Positions 1 through 11,381 of a stretch of 64,000 nucleotides of DNA are shown one piece after another. The position numbers and the translations under genes were made by a program. The DNA comes from Salisapilia sapeloensis CBS 127946 (taxonomy: Eukaryota > Protista > Oomycota). Location of the stretch: contig JAADVB010000061.1 of NCBI GenBank assembly GCA_023334545.1, positions 1-64,000 on the forward strand. The letters are read 5' to 3'. Below the pieces are notes generated by a model. The model ran no database searches. It had not been told where the DNA came from and worked only from the letters and a program-made list of their open reading frames with translations. The first letter of the stretch is position 1, and each line of letters begins with the position of its first letter.

Positions 1-1010
1 ACACCAACTTTATCTCCACCCCCGTCTCCACGGCGCTTAATGAAAACCTCATGCATAGAGTACCTCCGCTTGCACTCCCCATACGTCCATCCACTCACAC
101 CCTCCCATAGCCAGTCTTCCACTACGACTTTAACCAAGAACATGAATTTCTCGAAATTGCACCGTTTAACAACCCAACGTATCCCTATCATACCAGTAGT
201 GTTGCCATTTCCGTTTAAATTCACCGACTACCGGGTATTTTAAGCGAAAGTGAAGGAGCACTGGCATCCGTACTGGCTTCCCATATGTGCTCAACAATAT
301 ATGGGTGTAGACGGCTACGCATATATGCAGCACATGTGCCGCATAGCTTTTCGTCCACATTTTTCCGTCACAATAGCCACGACGTCTCCTTTTTCATATG
401 CATATCTCCAATCGCTCCGCTTTAGCGTTCGCATATCTTCACTCCGTGCATCTTCTTCTGTTCATTTGGATCGTCGAAACGTCAATTGTCAGCTGCCTTT
501 GTATGTCGACTCCTTCAGATTGCCTTGCCAGTTTCGTTAAATGCAAGACATTTCAGTCATATTTCGAGCTCCCTCCGGTTGACCGGCACACGTTGGCGAA
601 GATGTGACCTCCAGAAAGACCCGGTCTCTTCCGAGGTCTTGCATCTTGAGCGCGGATTGCTTTTGTTCGGTTGCGCACTGTGGGGAATCAGAGAATGAGC
701 AGTTTTGTTCAAGGTTCGAAAGAAAGGATGTGACATTAGGCTGGAAGGGTAGCCAAAAGGTCCGAAAGGAGTACGTAGATGTGGATAGAGAAGAGAGCAT
801 AATAGCAAACTAAGAAATACACTGTCGAACGCGAACAGTCTTTAAACTGCAGTCAATTCACTTGTCCATCCATTGTCCTTCAAAATATACCGTGAATCCG
901 ATAAGGTTCTCTTACTGCTACCGTCCCGAGAACCGCTCCACAAAGTCCTCTTCGTATTCTATTTCTCAGTAATTGATTTTTGGCAGTCTAAAATATACAT
1001 TTTAGAGGAC

Positions 1011-1047
1011 TGGCGATTTGAGTTTGGCGATTTGAGTTTGGCGATTC
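1011..1047. repeat. 14-bp tandem repeat (TGGCGATTTGAGTT x ~2.6) upstream of NDK
   Basis: Read directly: tggcgatttgagtt tggcgatttgagtt tggcgattc. Confidence 0.85.
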
Positions 1048-1215
1048 AATGAACCGCCGTAGTAAAGTTTGAGTAGAACCACTAGTAACCTCCAGATATA
1101 AATATCATTTCCATCGTCTCATATTAGTTTTTAACACCTGCTCAAGATCTTCCTCCAACGGAGGAGATCCACACAACTCAAAGAGACCAGTACAGCTCAA
1201 GTCAGTTTTAGCAAA

Positions 1216-1671
1216 ATGGTTCGTGAACAAACGTTTATCATGGTCAAGCCGGATGGTGTCCAGCGCCACCTCGTCGGCGAAATCATCAAGCGCTTTGAGA
1301 CCAAGGGCTACAAGCTCGTTGCGCTCAAGATGGTCAGCCCCTCTCGTGAACACTTGGAGGAGCACTACCGCGATCTTGCTGGCAAGCCCTTCTTCGCGGG
1401 ACTCATCAGCTACATGTCGAGCGGCCCTGTCTGCGCCATGGTCTGGGAAGGCGTTAACGTCGTCGCGGAAGGCCGCAAGATGCTCGGTGCCACTAAGCCA
1501 TCTGAGTCTGCTCTTGGCACGATCCGTGGTGACTTCTGTGTCGAAGTCGGCCGCAACGTGTGCCACGGCTCGGACGCCGTCGACTCTGCTAAGCGCGAGA
1601 TCGGACACTGGTTCCCGGAAGGCGTGCTCGAGTGGAACGCTAGTGACGACGACTGGGTCTACGAGAACTAA
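1216..1671 (+). CDS. NDK: Nucleoside diphosphate kinase
   Basis: 151 aa; [21 protein letters not shown] and catalytic NVCHGSD motifs. Confidence 0.97.
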   Translation: MVREQTFIMVKPDGVQRHLVGEIIKRFETKGYKLVALKMVSPSREHLEEHYRDLAGKPFFAGLISYMSSGPVCAMVWEGVNVVAEGRKMLGATKPSESALGTIRGDFCVEVGRNVCHGSDAVDSAKREIGHWFPEGVLEWNASDDDWVYEN

Positions 1672-1817
1672 AGTCTCCATTTGCGACTGTAAACTACTCT
1701 CGTAAACAAGTAGCGAAACAGTTCTACATCTATTGTCTTTTCTTGTTCTATTCTTAGCTCAGAAAGATCCCGAAGGACGGAAGTGACCTTATTCAATCGA
1801 TACGACAGTCACGTACG

Positions 1818-2960
1818 TTGCTTGAGTCGATGGTAGAGCTCGACATGGGTAACATACCGACGTCGTATTATCCATTCTTCTGGGCACTCGCTGCCATCAG
1901 TATGCTCCTCGTGCTCTATACACTTCGATACGCTTGCAAGTATCGCACTCAACCTGCTTTCATCCTTCCACCATTCGTCTGCCTCACACTGACGTTCGAT
2001 AACGTCGTCATGGCCATCTCCGGCCTCGATCGACGCCAGCTTACCACGAAAGTCATGCTAGGTTTCCACGCCAGTACCACCCCTCTCCTCCTCCTCATCT
2101 GCTTCGATCTTGGCTACCTCGTGCACAAGCATAAGGCCATTCGCTTCTGTGGTGTCAACCTAAACGATAGTGGTCGTACCCGAGTACGTCGGCAGGTAAA
2201 CCACATGCCGACGTCTCGTCGATGCCGAGACTGGCAGACGATCATGCTACATGGGAGTGTATGGCTACTAGCGTTCGGTCTATTCATCCTACAGCTCTTA
2301 GCTACCTACCGAGCTCATCCTAGTCACCATCACCATGACAACCTCACAGAGCTCCAAACAGCAAGCATCTATGACCTCCAAGGCGATCCAGTCATCCATA
2401 TCATTGGATCCGTCCTACCAGCAGGTATGCTCGTCCTCTTCTCTCTCTACGTCGGCATCGCGCTCTGGCGGTACGGTACCTTTGTGTCGTACAATATGGA
2501 CGCAACGTGCTGTAACCCGTGGATCTACATGCTCGTCGGCTCCATCTTCCTCGTCATCGGCTACATGATGCCGAGTCCATACTACCCCCTCACGTCCAAC
2601 TGTGGGGAAGTCGCTATTATCTCAGCCATCGCGCGTATGTTCCGTACGATCGAGCATGACGTCGAACAAGGTCAAAGCATGCAAGCGTTCATCGACCCGA
2701 CACTCCTCGTCCGACCTTCCTTTCCACCCTTAAGCACGACAATCCATTCGTCTGCAGCCATTAGTCCTCGATACCTCGATACAAGCGAAGCGAGTGAAAG
2801 CAAAGAGCAGCAAGATGTATTAGAAACAAGTATCAAGACGGAGCATACGATCCCTACGTCTGTCTACTATCAAGCCTATGCACATGATACGACCTATTGC
2901 TCGAATCGCAAGAACTCGTATACAGGTATCATCGTCCCATCGACCATCACGTCTTCTTAA
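1818..2960 (+). CDS. Uncharacterised multi-pass (about 7 TM) membrane protein with Ser/Thr-rich C-terminal tail; start probably at an ATG near 1830-1845
   Basis: 380-aa ORF with seven hydrophobic stretches; no family recognised. Confidence 0.7.
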   Translation: MLESMVELDMGNIPTSYYPFFWALAAISMLLVLYTLRYACKYRTQPAFILPPFVCLTLTFDNVVMAISGLDRRQLTTKVMLGFHASTTPLLLLICFDLGYLVHKHKAIRFCGVNLNDSGRTRVRRQVNHMPTSRRCRDWQTIMLHGSVWLLAFGLFILQLLATYRAHPSHHHHDNLTELQTASIYDLQGDPVIHIIGSVLPAGMLVLFSLYVGIALWRYGTFVSYNMDATCCNPWIYMLVGSIFLVIGYMMPSPYYPLTSNCGEVAIISAIARMFRTIEHDVEQGQSMQAFIDPTLLVRPSFPPLSTTIHSSAAISPRYLDTSEASESKEQQDVLETSIKTEHTIPTSVYYQAYAHDTTYCSNRKNSYTGIIVPSTITSS

Positions 2961-3001
2961 TTGAACTCGAAACCCATTGCCTCGCGTCTTCTCTTCTCGT
3001 C

Positions 3002-4975
3002 TTATCCACCTAATACGACATGTGCTTGCTTCTTCTGCTTTTGCTTTGCATTCAGTTTCGCCATGGCACTCACACGCCCTTCTCCTGATAAAGATTTCTG
3101 TGCCTTGCGTTCTTCCTTGAGCTGTCGAAGACGTTTCTCCGCCTTTTTCTTCCCTGGTGCATGACCATGGAACTTGTGACTTAGGAGACGGAAAGCTTCC
3201 TTCTTCGTTAATGGACGACCGAACTCGTCGCGATAGTTGAGAGACACGCCGTCCTTGATACGAAGTTCATCGTCCCAGTTCCGGTCTCGAGCGTCATTCG
3301 CACGACCTGCTTGCTTCTCCTTGACCGTCGACTCGTGCAATTCTCCCGTGCGCTTCAAGAGAGAGAGTGTAGCGGCGACACCAGAGCCGACGAGAGGTTG
3401 CTCTTCGACCCAATCTTCTTCGACGTCTTCCTTGACGTCTTCCGACTCGACCTTCGGCTTCGTCTCGACTTTCGGAGCTTGGTACTGGTCACTACGAGCC
3501 TGCATGGCAGACGACAGACGAGAAGCAAAGTCTGTCGCGTCACTAAAGACGACTCCACCTTGCTCTTTCTTGGGAGAAGACAGAGTCTGTGTCCATTGCG
3601 CTATGCGTTCCTCTTCACTCTGCTTTGGTTTATTCAATCGCAACTGACGTGTACGTTCGAGAGATGCGTAGAGATCCGAATCATCTTCTTCCAAGACATT
3701 CGCACGCTTCTTGGCTTTTTCAAAACGTTGTAATCCGCGATCTTCTTCATTTAGTTGTGTTGTCTGATCCGATCGATTCCCGCGATCAGTCGAGACATCC
3801 TCTGCTTCTAATTCTAACTGCTGCACGAGATTCGAACTCTCGGATTTACGACGCTTCTTCGTCTTCTTCTTCTTCTTCTTGGCGAATTGAGCAACTTCTT
3901 CCTTGGTGTATGTGTCTTGCATTTGCTTACGTTCACTCGGACGTAGCGATATGACTTCCACGTCGTCTAATTCAGCCACAGGTTCTTTTTGCTCCGTCGC
4001 GTGTGTCCCATCAGCATTTAACTGGAACTTGCGAGCATTCTCACGCACAGTAGCATCTTCCTCGGCGTCGTATTGCGCTAATAGTCGCTTCTGTGGCTTC
4101 TTCTTTGGCATACCCATGGAAAAAAACTCGTCATCATCCACACCAGAGTACGCTGGCAACATGGCTCGATTCTTCTGCCGCTGCTGCTCTTCTAGTCGAT
4201 CCTTTTCTCTTAATTCCACGTTTTCTAGCTCATCTTCGGCGTTCTCATTCACGTCTTGCCCTTTTTCATCCAAGACAGTTGAGTCTTTTAACGTGAGCAC
4301 AACGTCTTGACCTTCTTCAAACACATTCGCATCATGTGAGACCGTCATGTTCTTGAGAGCTCTAGAATCGTACGTTTCGACTTTCTTTTCCTCCTTTTTG
4401 TCTTCCACTTTCTTCTCTCGACTCTGCTTGACCCAATCTAATGCTGAAGACGACTTGTACTCTTGCTTTAGTTGCTCACCTAGCGACACGCCTTCAACCT
4501 TTTCATTCATCTCTCGCTTGCGTTTCGATCGAGATAACGCTTTCTCTAGATCCTTCCGATCTTTTTCTGCATCCAATTCCTCTCGTGATTTCGACATATT
4601 CACTTCATTACTCTTCTTCTTCTCCAACGATAAAGGCTTAAGACCCAATTCAGCACGAATACGATTCGTCTCTTCAATACTCATCGATACTTCCCCATTT
4701 TTCTCCTCCGTTTTTACTTTCGATGTGTTATCAGATTTTTGAGTGTCTTCACTAGGCTTATGCCGTTTCGACTGATGCTCGTCGGACTCGCGACGGCGAG
4801 ATGAAGTCGACTCGTGACGTCGGTTGAACCGCCGACTTTCGCTGCGGGAACGAGAGCGGGAACGAGAGCGGGAACGCTTTGACCGACGCGAACTACGTGC
4901 AGGAGAACGCGTACGTGTTCGAGAGTTTCGTGAACGCACAGGACTGCGTGATCGACTACGTGCATCGCGCGCCAT
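3002..4975 (-). CDS. SART1: U4/U6.U5 tri-snRNP-associated protein SART1/Snu66
   Basis: Starts MARDARSRSRS (RS-rich) at ATG 4975; HIND-like motif SMSIEETNRIRAELGLKPL; C-terminal YRDEFGRPLTKKEAFRLLSHKFHG. The ORF track's 5' extension to 5353 is probably non-coding. Confidence 0.93.
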   Translation of the reverse strand: MARDARSRSRSPVRSRNSRTRTRSPARSSRRSKRSRSRSRSRSRSESRRFNRRHESTSSRRRESDEHQSKRHKPSEDTQKSDNTSKVKTEEKNGEVSMSIEETNRIRAELGLKPLSLEKKKSNEVNMSKSREELDAEKDRKDLEKALSRSKRKREMNEKVEGVSLGEQLKQEYKSSSALDWVKQSREKKVEDKKEEKKVETYDSRALKNMTVSHDANVFEEGQDVVLTLKDSTVLDEKGQDVNENAEDELENVELREKDRLEEQQRQKNRAMLPAYSGVDDDEFFSMGMPKKKPQKRLLAQYDAEEDATVRENARKFQLNADGTHATEQKEPVAELDDVEVISLRPSERKQMQDTYTKEEVAQFAKKKKKKTKKRRKSESSNLVQQLELEAEDVSTDRGNRSDQTTQLNEEDRGLQRFEKAKKRANVLEEDDSDLYASLERTRQLRLNKPKQSEEERIAQWTQTLSSPKKEQGGVVFSDATDFASRLSSAMQARSDQYQAPKVETKPKVESEDVKEDVEEDWVEEQPLVGSGVAATLSLLKRTGELHESTVKEKQAGRANDARDRNWDDELRIKDGVSLNYRDEFGRPLTKKEAFRLLSHKFHGHAPGKKKAEKRLRQLKEERKAQKSLSGEGRVSAMAKLNAKQKQKKQAHVVLGG

Positions 4976-5847
4976 CGTCAACTCCAAGCAGCTTCCGATC
5001 TCGCGTTTTGCGTCTTTGCTTTCTTTTAGAATACACAGTCTTCTATTGTTATAAAAACAAACCATACATACAATAAACCAATTATTTATGTTTTTACGGG
5101 TAAGATAAAGATGTATAATTAGTACTAAACGATGAAAAATGATTGGTGAATATTGAAAAGGAGGGTTGTGATTGGGCGGAAATGAATTAACGATGCTAAT
5201 CAGATTTGAAGTTGGCATGAAGCGCCCACCACGGGATCTGGAGAAGGCTGCAACTCGAGTTGCTACGGCATTTTCGCGTGGACTTGCAAGAGGCATTGTA
5301 CGGGAGATGTTTAAACCTCGGACGATCAAGGCGATTACACAGGCTGCCGGCAATTGGATGAAAAAGACAAATACGAAGGGTATTCGATCTCCGAATCGTC
5401 CGTCAGGAAAACAGGATTAGAACGGTTTTCGATGAATGAGAGGGTGACGATTGGACAGAAGTTTGGTCTGCAGCATAGTGTATAGCTAGAAGGAAGGAGA
5501 TAAGCGTAATGGACGCGCAATTAAAATGAACGTTTTGACGATGCATTAGCTAAAGATTCAAGGTATAGCACTAACATGCACTAGTAACAGAGCTTGCTGA
5601 TAAGATCAAGAGCATGCATGCTGATAGACAAAGCAGTACACAGCTCTTATCTTCTCTACGTATCGCAGTATCCATGTCTGCTCGAATATTCTGGAATGCG
5701 ATACATTGTTGTTCTGCATCTCTTTAAATTAGCAGCACACACCTTTATACTCGCGTTTCACTGGCTGAAATGCAAGTCTTAACCAAGTGATTGGTTAAAA
5801 CTCAGTCGACGCAAAGCCATTAAAGCGACAAGAAACAGCACTTCATC

Positions 5848-6252
5848 ATGGCAGGACCGCTCGGACGTATTGTGGCGCAGGTTGTGATCGCCGGCGTAGG
5901 CGTTGTCTCCCGAGCCTTTGTGCAGGCATACCAGCAAGCCGTGCACAATGCCCAGACGGGAAAAACCACGACACAGGCTGCATCTGCCGTCGTGAAGAAG
6001 AAGAATCAAATGCCACGAGACCAAGCGTTGGCAATTCTCAACTTTGATTCGGCTGACAAGCCGGTGATTGGCGACATTAAAAAGCAGTTCGACCGGTATT
6101 TTGAAGCGAACGATCCGGCAAAGGGTGGTTCGTTCTACCTCCAATCCAAGGTGTTCCGAGCGAAAGAAGCGTTAGAAAAGGAGTTAGAAGAGCAGGAGAA
6201 GGCTGCAGCTGATGCGACGTCAGAGGCATCGGAAAAGAAAGAAAGCAGTTAA
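5848..6252 (+). CDS. PAM16: Mitochondrial import motor subunit Pam16/Tim16 (J-like)
   Basis: RAFVQAYQQA, ALAILN, NDPAKGGSFYLQSKVFRAKEAL signatures. Confidence 0.95.
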   Translation: MAGPLGRIVAQVVIAGVGVVSRAFVQAYQQAVHNAQTGKTTTQAASAVVKKKNQMPRDQALAILNFDSADKPVIGDIKKQFDRYFEANDPAKGGSFYLQSKVFRAKEALEKELEEQEKAAADATSEASEKKESS

Positions 6253-6488
6253 GAACGTTTACATAAAATAACTGTCCATTGCGACGTTCGACGAGCCGTT
6301 GACTCTTCCCTCTCTTATCTCTAACGCAGCATCGCCAATTGTATACTCCTCATGCGTCATCCGTCGCAATAAACAACTGGTGGTAAAGTGACGGACGAGT
6401 GCTGCTTAGATAGGAGCTCGTCCCGTCGACATCTTATGATTGGACAAAAAGATCACGTAGGACGCGAAGAGCACAATTGAGGAGAACG

Positions 6489-7436
<948 letters not shown>

Positions 7437-7476
7437 AGTTTTAAACAAATTTTTCTTTTGCCTGGAATTGATTTTA

Positions 7477-8256
7477 TTAGTTAAAAAGAGAGGAGAAAGT
7501 AGTGCGAACGCTATCATAGTAGGATTGAAGAGAGTACTGTTGGAACTGAGAGAAGCGCAGACTGGCACTGTCTAAGTGTCTGCCGTCTCGATCCGTGCCG
7601 GTCCAACCGACATACACTTTCAAGTTGCAGTCACTCTCGGTGTCTCCAGTGCAGTTCGAGGCTTGCAGAGAGCACGTACGACCGGACTGCTCTATCTGAG
7701 AGTCTTCATTCGACTCGGCAAATCGATATAGATTCGGTACGCATCGATCTGATGCACACAGGGAGCACGTATCATCCCACGTCACACCTTGGATCTATTC
7801 TTTTCTAAGCATTTCTTACATTTGGAATCGACAATCCTACGTACTTGTCCTTGCTTTACACTGACGATAGCTGTGAGTGACGGGAAGACTTGTCCGTCCG
7901 ATGACGTGTATAGCTTGTACGGCGTTCGATAGTGAGCGCTCGAGACAGTCAGAAAAGCTTCATTGGAACCTCCGACAATGGACACATCGTTCATAGCTAT
8001 CAACATATAGATACCATTACTTGAGTAAGATACAGCATGCTCCAAGTATCTTACTATCAGCTATTGCAAGGACTGTAAAGTGGTCCGCAACGGGCATAAA
8101 AACCGCTCGATGAGCATCATTGACATTCAAGCAAACGTACGTCCTCTCTCCTTTCACGACATCCACAGACGCATACGTTGGAGAACACAAACTCGTGATA
8201 TTCGTCACTTCACTCTGCACAACACCCACCAACATACACAGCCACGTCCACTTCAT
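7477..8256 (-). CDS. Secreted Cys-containing protein of unknown function (~223 aa)
   Basis: Exons 8256-8055, 7996-7845, 7794-7477 join in frame via 58- and 50-nt GT-AG introns; signal peptide MKWTWLCMLVGVVQS; C-terminal CNLKVYVGWTGTDRDGRHLDSASLRFSQF. Confidence 0.7.
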
Positions 8257-8664
8257 ACCTCTACGACGTTTCAAACTTTTTACTGAAGATTACGAGCCAA
8301 TACTAAATTACACATTCTAAATGTACCGCCCACACATCTAAATGTAAATTTAGCCGTGATTACGCCTAAACCTCACAAAGTCAATCTGCTAGATAAACCT
8401 CTCTCTGATCATTTATAAAAGGTCAATCAAATATACAAGGTTCATAAACTGCTTACAGCAACTTGATCGGTCTCGAAACCCTTCAACGCCGCCCGTAGAA
8501 AACCCTGCAAGAATATTGATGAAACGGCTGCGTATCAAGTATCGAAGATGTATCAAGTGTCCGAGAATAAAATTTTGACAGGAATAGCTTGACAATCTGT
8601 GGCTCTCCTTCATTTTTCCGTTCGCTCTCCGCCGCGCAAGTCGATAAGAAAGTAGTAGAGAATC

Positions 8665-9717
8665 ATGTCCGGTTTCTTCCCTGTCATTTCTTCCTTGAGC
8701 CCCAGCGCTCCGGTCGCCACGCCTGCCAAGGCTGCGCCCAAGCCCATGGCCACGTCGGCCGCCAAGTGGGACTCCCGCTACACGCACGACCCGCCGCACA
8801 CGAACGCCTACTACGGCAAGTGCATGATCGGTGGTATGATCTCGTGCGGTCTTACGCACACTGGTATCACGCCGCTTGATGTCGTCAAGTGCAACATGCA
8901 GGTGAACCCGGCCAAGTACAAGGGCCTTCTTTCCGGCATGAAGCTCGTGGCCGCCGAGGAGGGATCTTCTGCTCTCTTCAAGGGTTGGTTGCCCACGGCC
9001 TTCGGATACTCTGCCCAGGGTCTCTGCAAGTTCGGATTCTACGAGTTCTTCAAGGACTACTACAGCACGCTTGCTGGCGAAGAGAACGCGTACAAGTACC
9101 GTGGTATGATCTACCTCGCTGGTTCGGCCTCGGCTGAATTCATTGCCGACATTGCCCTCTGCCCGATGGAAATGGTCAAGGTCAAGGTCCAGACGTCCCC
9201 GCACGGCACGTTCCCGGTCGAGTTCGGCCCGGCTGTTTCCCAGATGCGCGCTAACGCCGCCGAGACGCGATTCCCGTTCGGTTCGCTCACGCCGCTCTGG
9301 TCGCGTCAGATCCCGTACACGATGGCCAAGTTCTACTTCTTCGAAAAGGTCGTTGAGGCATTCTACAACTACGTCTTCACGGAGCCCAAGAGCTCGTACT
9401 CGAAGAGCACGCAGCTTGGTGTCACCTTCGCCTCTGGTTACCTCGCTGGTGTCATCTGCGCTATCGTCTCGCACCCGGCTGACTCGCTCGTCTCGCTCAT
9501 GGGCAAGGCGGAGAACAAGGGCAAGGGCGTTGGTCAGATTGCCAGCGAGACCGGTCTCATGAAGCTCGCCACCGGCGGTCTTGGTCCTCGTATTATCATG
9601 ATTGGTACGCTCACAGGTGCCCAGTGGTGGATCTACGATACGTTCAAGACGGTCATGGGCATGGGCACGACCGGTGGCGGCGGAAAGGCTGCCCCTGCGG
9701 AGCCTGCTGCCAAGTAA
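8665..9717 (+). CDS. SLC25A3: Mitochondrial phosphate carrier (SLC25A3/MIR1 family)
   Basis: Three carrier repeats with PxDxxK motifs (TPLDVVKCNMQV, CPMEMVKVKVQ, HPADSLVS); GYSAQGLCKFGFYE, RQIPYTMAKF, RIIMIGTLTGAQW. Confidence 0.96.
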   Translation: MSGFFPVISSLSPSAPVATPAKAAPKPMATSAAKWDSRYTHDPPHTNAYYGKCMIGGMISCGLTHTGITPLDVVKCNMQVNPAKYKGLLSGMKLVAAEEGSSALFKGWLPTAFGYSAQGLCKFGFYEFFKDYYSTLAGEENAYKYRGMIYLAGSASAEFIADIALCPMEMVKVKVQTSPHGTFPVEFGPAVSQMRANAAETRFPFGSLTPLWSRQIPYTMAKFYFFEKVVEAFYNYVFTEPKSSYSKSTQLGVTFASGYLAGVICAIVSHPADSLVSLMGKAENKGKGVGQIASETGLMKLATGGLGPRIIMIGTLTGAQWWIYDTFKTVMGMGTTGGGGKAAPAEPAAK

Positions 9718-9893
9718 GTCTGCTTCCAAGTGGCTTGACAGGAATCTTGTTTGGAAAGAAAGAGAATAGAAAACTTTCGTCTGTTTCTTTTAACGACATC
9801 TTGAGAGCGTTGCTTTCCGTAGCGAAGTAGGAGGTAGGAAGGAATACATGAATATCTTGTGGAAGCCAAGTGATGGTGAATTAATGTGTTTAT

Positions 9894-10194
9894 TTATGGC
9901 GCTAAGAAGAGTGTGTGGAGTGCCATGACAACTAGAGCGCCAGCTACGTACGGACTCTTGCGTTCACCAATGCGTGAGGCTTTCCAACAAAGACCTGAGA
10001 GCCCTTCATGCTTCCCAGGCAATTGGTTCCGATCAAAGAGCTTGGGGAATTTGCGCTGGATGTACGTGCAAGTACAGATGAATAGAAGTAGCACTGTCAG
10101 TAGTCCTTGGAGACTAAATAGCGCCGACTAGCATGAATAAAAATTCTTTAGACGAGAGATAAGAGCGATTTAAGTACAATCTACTTCGTACCAT
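9894..10194 (-). CDS. TMEM167: Protein kish (TMEM167/Ksh1), 78 aa
   Basis: Exon 1 contributes only the ATG (10194-10192); intron 10191-10128; exon 2 gives SALFSLQGLLTVLLLFICTCTYI...LCWKASRIGERKSPYVA. Confidence 0.9.
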
Positions 10195-10667
10195 TTTAGC
10201 TCCCCAACGTGTGCGTCACGGAATGCCACTGATGATCTGGTATACAACTTCCAAGTCATTCTGATTCCTTATTATCGAGAGGTTTTTAACATCTTACGAA
10301 ACAGTTCACAACGGCATCCAAGGTAGAAAGCTTTATAGATGCGGTTGCTATTCGAATGATCCAAGACTGGTTCGATAGGTCGATCCTATTGTCTACATTG
10401 AAGTACATTTGTAGGTACTAGGCGAGGGTTCTATGGATTTACTGCTTAAGATTACCATCTAAAGCCTACTTTTAATCAGTTAAAAAGCGACGGATAAACG
10501 GGATGGCAAGTACTATGCTTTCTGACGTACAAGTACCTCGACGAGACATTCTGGAGTATAATGTGGATAGAATGAAAGCATAGGCACAAGAAAGAAGTGG
10601 TTAGAAGAGATCGTGCAGTGGGCAAAAGTGAAAGTGGTTTGGAGTCTAATACAAGCTGTAGGAGCAG

Positions 10668-11257
10668 CTACAACTCGCGGTACTCGGCGTCCTTCGGTCC
10701 ATTGTCTTCCGTGTCATCCTCCTTCTTTCCATCCTTTCGTGCATTCATAGCTGACTGCAAATGCTTATCCTTCCTGTTATGTATCAAAATCATTTAGCTC
10801 CAGTTTATCGAATGACGGATTCATGATCGTACCCGGCATTGGCCATCATAAGGTAGTTGCTGAGTCCTCGCACGGCACTATGATCCACATCCATTAGTTC
10901 CATCCTCATCAAGCATCCATCAGACAGATTAAAGGACTCCTGTAGCATACTTGGATTTGAGGTTCTCAATGCGTTCCGGATCTGTTTCGTCCTTGTGGTT
11001 TCTAAACTCCTTTCTCACAAGCTCTTTAATCGCTTCTCCTTTCTTACTCTACATATCCCATCATCTTAGTACACCAGCACGCCAATACATCTATCGAACG
11101 TACGGTGCCACCAATATGCTTGGCCAATCGCATGCAATCGCGATAAAGCTATCCATTTCCATCGAATCCGTTACATTCCATGGATACTAGAGAACAAGTA
11201 TCTCTAAGAAGGAACCTGCAATGTCGTTCGAGTCACTTGGTTCGCTGCTTGGGCCAT
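10668..11257 (-). CDS. LYR-motif (Complex1_LYR) protein, 111 aa, five exons
   Basis: Exons 11257-11216, 11148-11104, 11048-10951, 10877-10833, 10773-10668 give MAQAANQVTRTTLQLYRDCMRLAKHIGGTSKKGEAIKELVRKEFRNHKDETDPERIENLKSNAVRGLSNYL. Absent from the ORF track. Confidence 0.88.
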
Positions 11258-11381
11258 GCTCGTCACGTGTCCTGGGAGTACTGTCGTGACCAATTAATTC
11301 TTATGGGAGATGAAAAATACGGTACTATCTTTCTTTCGATTGGATAAAAATAAACTCGTGTTTAACACGAACACGGGCACG

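Noticed and set aside
1-830. Possible 3' end of an upstream gene (...NENLMHR/PVFHYDFNQEHEFLEI..., via an intron near 60-109) and short ORFs to 813
   Set aside because: No recognisable family and truncated by the window edge; cannot be supported.
8413-9729. 438-aa antisense ORF over the phosphate carrier (also 1105-1680 over NDK, 33929-34501 over ISCU, 47497-48042 over SFXN)
   Set aside because: Shadow ORFs caused by strong C/G third-position bias in highly expressed genes; the translations show no protein motifs.
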